Positions 61,535 to 64,000 of a stretch of 64,000 nt of DNA are shown here, piece after piece. Under the pieces are notes generated by a model, which had not been told where the DNA came from, ran no database searches, and saw only the letters and a list, made by a program, of their open reading frames with translations. Every line of letters starts with the position of its first letter. Positions within the stretch are counted from its first letter, which is position 1. Made by a program: the position numbers and the translations under genes. The DNA lies in the NCBI GenBank assembly GCA_002269645.1, contig NIVC01001815.1, positions 1 to 64,000 of the forward strand. Direction: 5' to 3'. The DNA comes from Macrostomum lignano (Eukaryota).

Positions 61535-64000
61535 ATGCCCGCCAAGCAGCAGAGCCGCCTCGCCAGCGTCCACCTGCTCCTGGTGCTGCTGGCGACGCCG
61601 GCCTCCGCTCAGGCGGACGTCGGCATCAGCATCAGCCTGGGTGACAACGTGAACTTCAAAACGCTGGTCGGCCAGCTGTACACCCTCGACAGCCGCCTGC
61701 CGCCGCCGCCCTACCAGTCCGCCCGCCTGGAGCCGCAATCAAAGAGCCCGGACAACCTGTTCACCGTGGACCGGCAGGGCGCCATCTCCGCCAACCGCGA
61801 CGTGGACCGAGACGAGCTCTGCGGCCTCCTGGACTGCTGCGAGAAGTCCGACTGCGTCCTGGACTATCAACTCGAGCTGCGGGCGGCGCCGGGCTCCCGG
61901 CCGATCCTTCGCCTGCTGCGCATTGTCCTGAACGACGAGAACGACCAGCCGCCTGCGTTCCGCAGCATGCAGCCAATCGACGTGCCCGAGGACGCCAACG
62001 GGACGGTGATCGACCTGCCCGCGGCGGAGGACCGCGACTCGCCCGCGTTCGGCGTGGCCAACTACAGCCTGGAGGACCCCAGCGGCACCTTCGCGCTGGT
62101 GGACACGTCCGGGGCCGGGCAGCCGCGTCTGCGCCTGACGAAACCGCTGGACCGCGAGCGGCAGCCGCAGTACCAGATCACCCTGCGCGCCACCGACGGC
62201 CTCCGAACTGGCGCCGTGGTCATCACCGTCCGAGTCGGCGACGTCAATGACAACGCACCAGTCTTCAATACGCCGACGCAGACGCTGGAGATCCCGGAAA
62301 ACTGGCCAGTCGGCGATAGGCTCACGACGCTCTCGGTAGACGATCAGGACGACGGCGCCAACGCCGAGCTCCACCTGAAGATTGTCGCCGTAACACCGTC
62401 GGAACTCGCTGGCCATTTCGAGGTGCTAAAAAAAGGGGCCTCCACCTGGGACCTCCACCTGCGCCGCCAGCTGGACTTTGAGCGGCCGGAGCAGCGCAGC
62501 GCCGTGGTGCTGATCGAGGCTCGGGACTCCGGTACCCCGGTACGTTCGGCCAGCGCCACCGTCACCGTCAACGTCAAAGACGTAAACGACAATCCGCCGA
62601 TTATCGAGCAGTTGGCTGTGTACGACCTGTACGAGCACAGGAGCGAAGGCGAGCTCATCATGACGCTGAAGGTGGTTGCTCAACTTTGACATGGGTCGAC
62701 ATGAGTATGGGGGGGGGGCGGCGAGACATAGCAGATAGAGCTCAGTACTGCTACTTTCTGTACCCTTCGAGAGACCCTGACAGTTTTTGTAAGACATCTT
62801 GTACTCTTTGAGAGGTCCGGACAGTCTATGTAGAACATATTGTACTCTTCGAGGGGGGCCCCGATAGTCCTCGGGTAAGGCCAAGACACGGGCAGGCCGT
62901 AGCGGCTTTGCCAAGTCTTTATAAAAACTGTTGGTCACTAAAATTTTCTAACTCTCCATCCAACTCGTAGGTGACTGACGTAGACTCGGTGTCCCGTGGC
63001 AAGGTGACCTGCAAGCTACAGTCTAACCCAATGTTCAGTCTGAAAATATCTGACAACAACAACGCCGAGCGACAGTCGTCAGAGGCGACCACCTACAACT
63101 TATACAGCGCCACTCGCTTCGACTTCGAAGTGTCGCAGAACGTCTCCGTCGAGATCAGCTGCATGGACTCGGCCCAGCCAGTGCAGCCGGCCATCCGGCG
63201 GTTTGTAATTCCGATCCGGGAGACCAACGACTTCGCGCCGGCCTTCCCCCAGAGAAGCTACTTCGCCCAGGTGTCCGAGAGCCTGGCCTCTGGCCTCTCC
63301 GTGCTGACCGTGCAGGCGGTTGACAAGGACAAGGGCGAGAGCGGCCTGCTGTCCTACCGCCTGGACGCGGCTGGGAAGCAATTTTTCCGCATCGGTCAGC
63401 GCTCAGGCAATATCGAGCTGCTTCCCGGCGCCAGACTCGATCGCGAGCTCCAGCCAAGCCTGACGTTCCAAGTGATCGCTGAGGACTCCGGACATCCGTC
63501 GCAAAGCGCCTCCGCCTCCGTCATTGTCATCTTGTTGGACGAAAACGACAACGCGCCGGCCTACGTGGGCCCGCCGGTCATGAGCGTGTCCGAGGACAGC
63601 TCGGTGGGTGCCCAGATCGGCCGCGTTGCGTTTCAAGACCCGGACAAGGACGAGAACGGCACAGTTCGATTCAACCTGTTGCCAGGCCGGTACGTGCACA
63701 ATGAGTACCTGCGCCTGAACGCTTCAACTGGAGCTCTGCTGCTGAAAGCTAAACTGGACCGGGAGCAGCAGCCGCGGTTGCTGGTGCTGCTGGGGGCCTC
63801 GGATCTCGGCAAGCCGCCTCGCTCGGCCACCGCCAGCTTGCAGATCGAGGTGCTGGACGTAAACGACAATGCCCCCGTGTTCACCGCGCCGCTGCCCGGC
63901 CAGATCATTGGAAGCGGTGTCCGCGACGGAGCAACTGGCAGCGAGGCGCAGTCTGCTGTCGCCACTCGGCTGCTCTACACGAACCTGCCCGAACGGTCCC
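61535..64000 (+). CDS. Protocadherin (delta-like) 5' part; exons 61535-62671 and 62971 to beyond 64000
   Basis: Signal peptide; EC1 with VDRDELCGLLDCC..C; repeated DENDQPP / DVNDNAP, LDRE and A.D.D motifs across about 6 EC repeats; phase-0 GT-AG intron 62672-62970; runs off the window. Confidence 0.9.

Noticed and set aside
61739-63965. Antisense ORFs over the protocadherin, SSADH, LINE and TMEM117 exons
   Set aside because: They are shadow ORFs expected in GC-rich coding sequence and contain no domain motifs.

Overview
Eukaryotic (metazoan) genomic DNA with GC-rich exons, GT-AG introns and a very dense load of mini- and microsatellites. The style suggests a free-living flatworm such as Macrostomum, but this is an inference with no diagnostic taxon marker. 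Genes, in order: the last exon of a synaptotagmin-like C2 protein; an orphan 2-exon gene (~682 aa); a secreted mucin-like protein with His-Gly and GGW[QR]KRR tails; RAB21; TMEM117; a complete 3-exon vasopressin/oxytocin-family preprohormone (CFVANCPPG-amide plus 14-Cys neurophysin; exons 1 and 3 are missed by the ORF track); FBXO16; SSADH/ALDH5A1 (one apparent 1-bp frameshift); a small Trp-heptad coiled-coil ORF; and the 5' part of a protocadherin. Mobile DNA: a near full-length LOA/R1-group LINE (APE-RT-RNase H) bracketed on both sides by (TCTG)n, with a sister LINE nested in its endonuclease (13-bp TSD); a tRNA-derived SINE family (about 6 full or partial copies); a foldback element; a MITE-like element; a Penelope-like 3' fragment carrying a minimal hammerhead ribozyme; and (CAGA)n-bearing interspersed repeats. 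About 20 distinct tandem arrays are present, several of which amplify splice-signal-like motifs inside introns. No CRISPR array, rRNA or functional tRNA gene was found.
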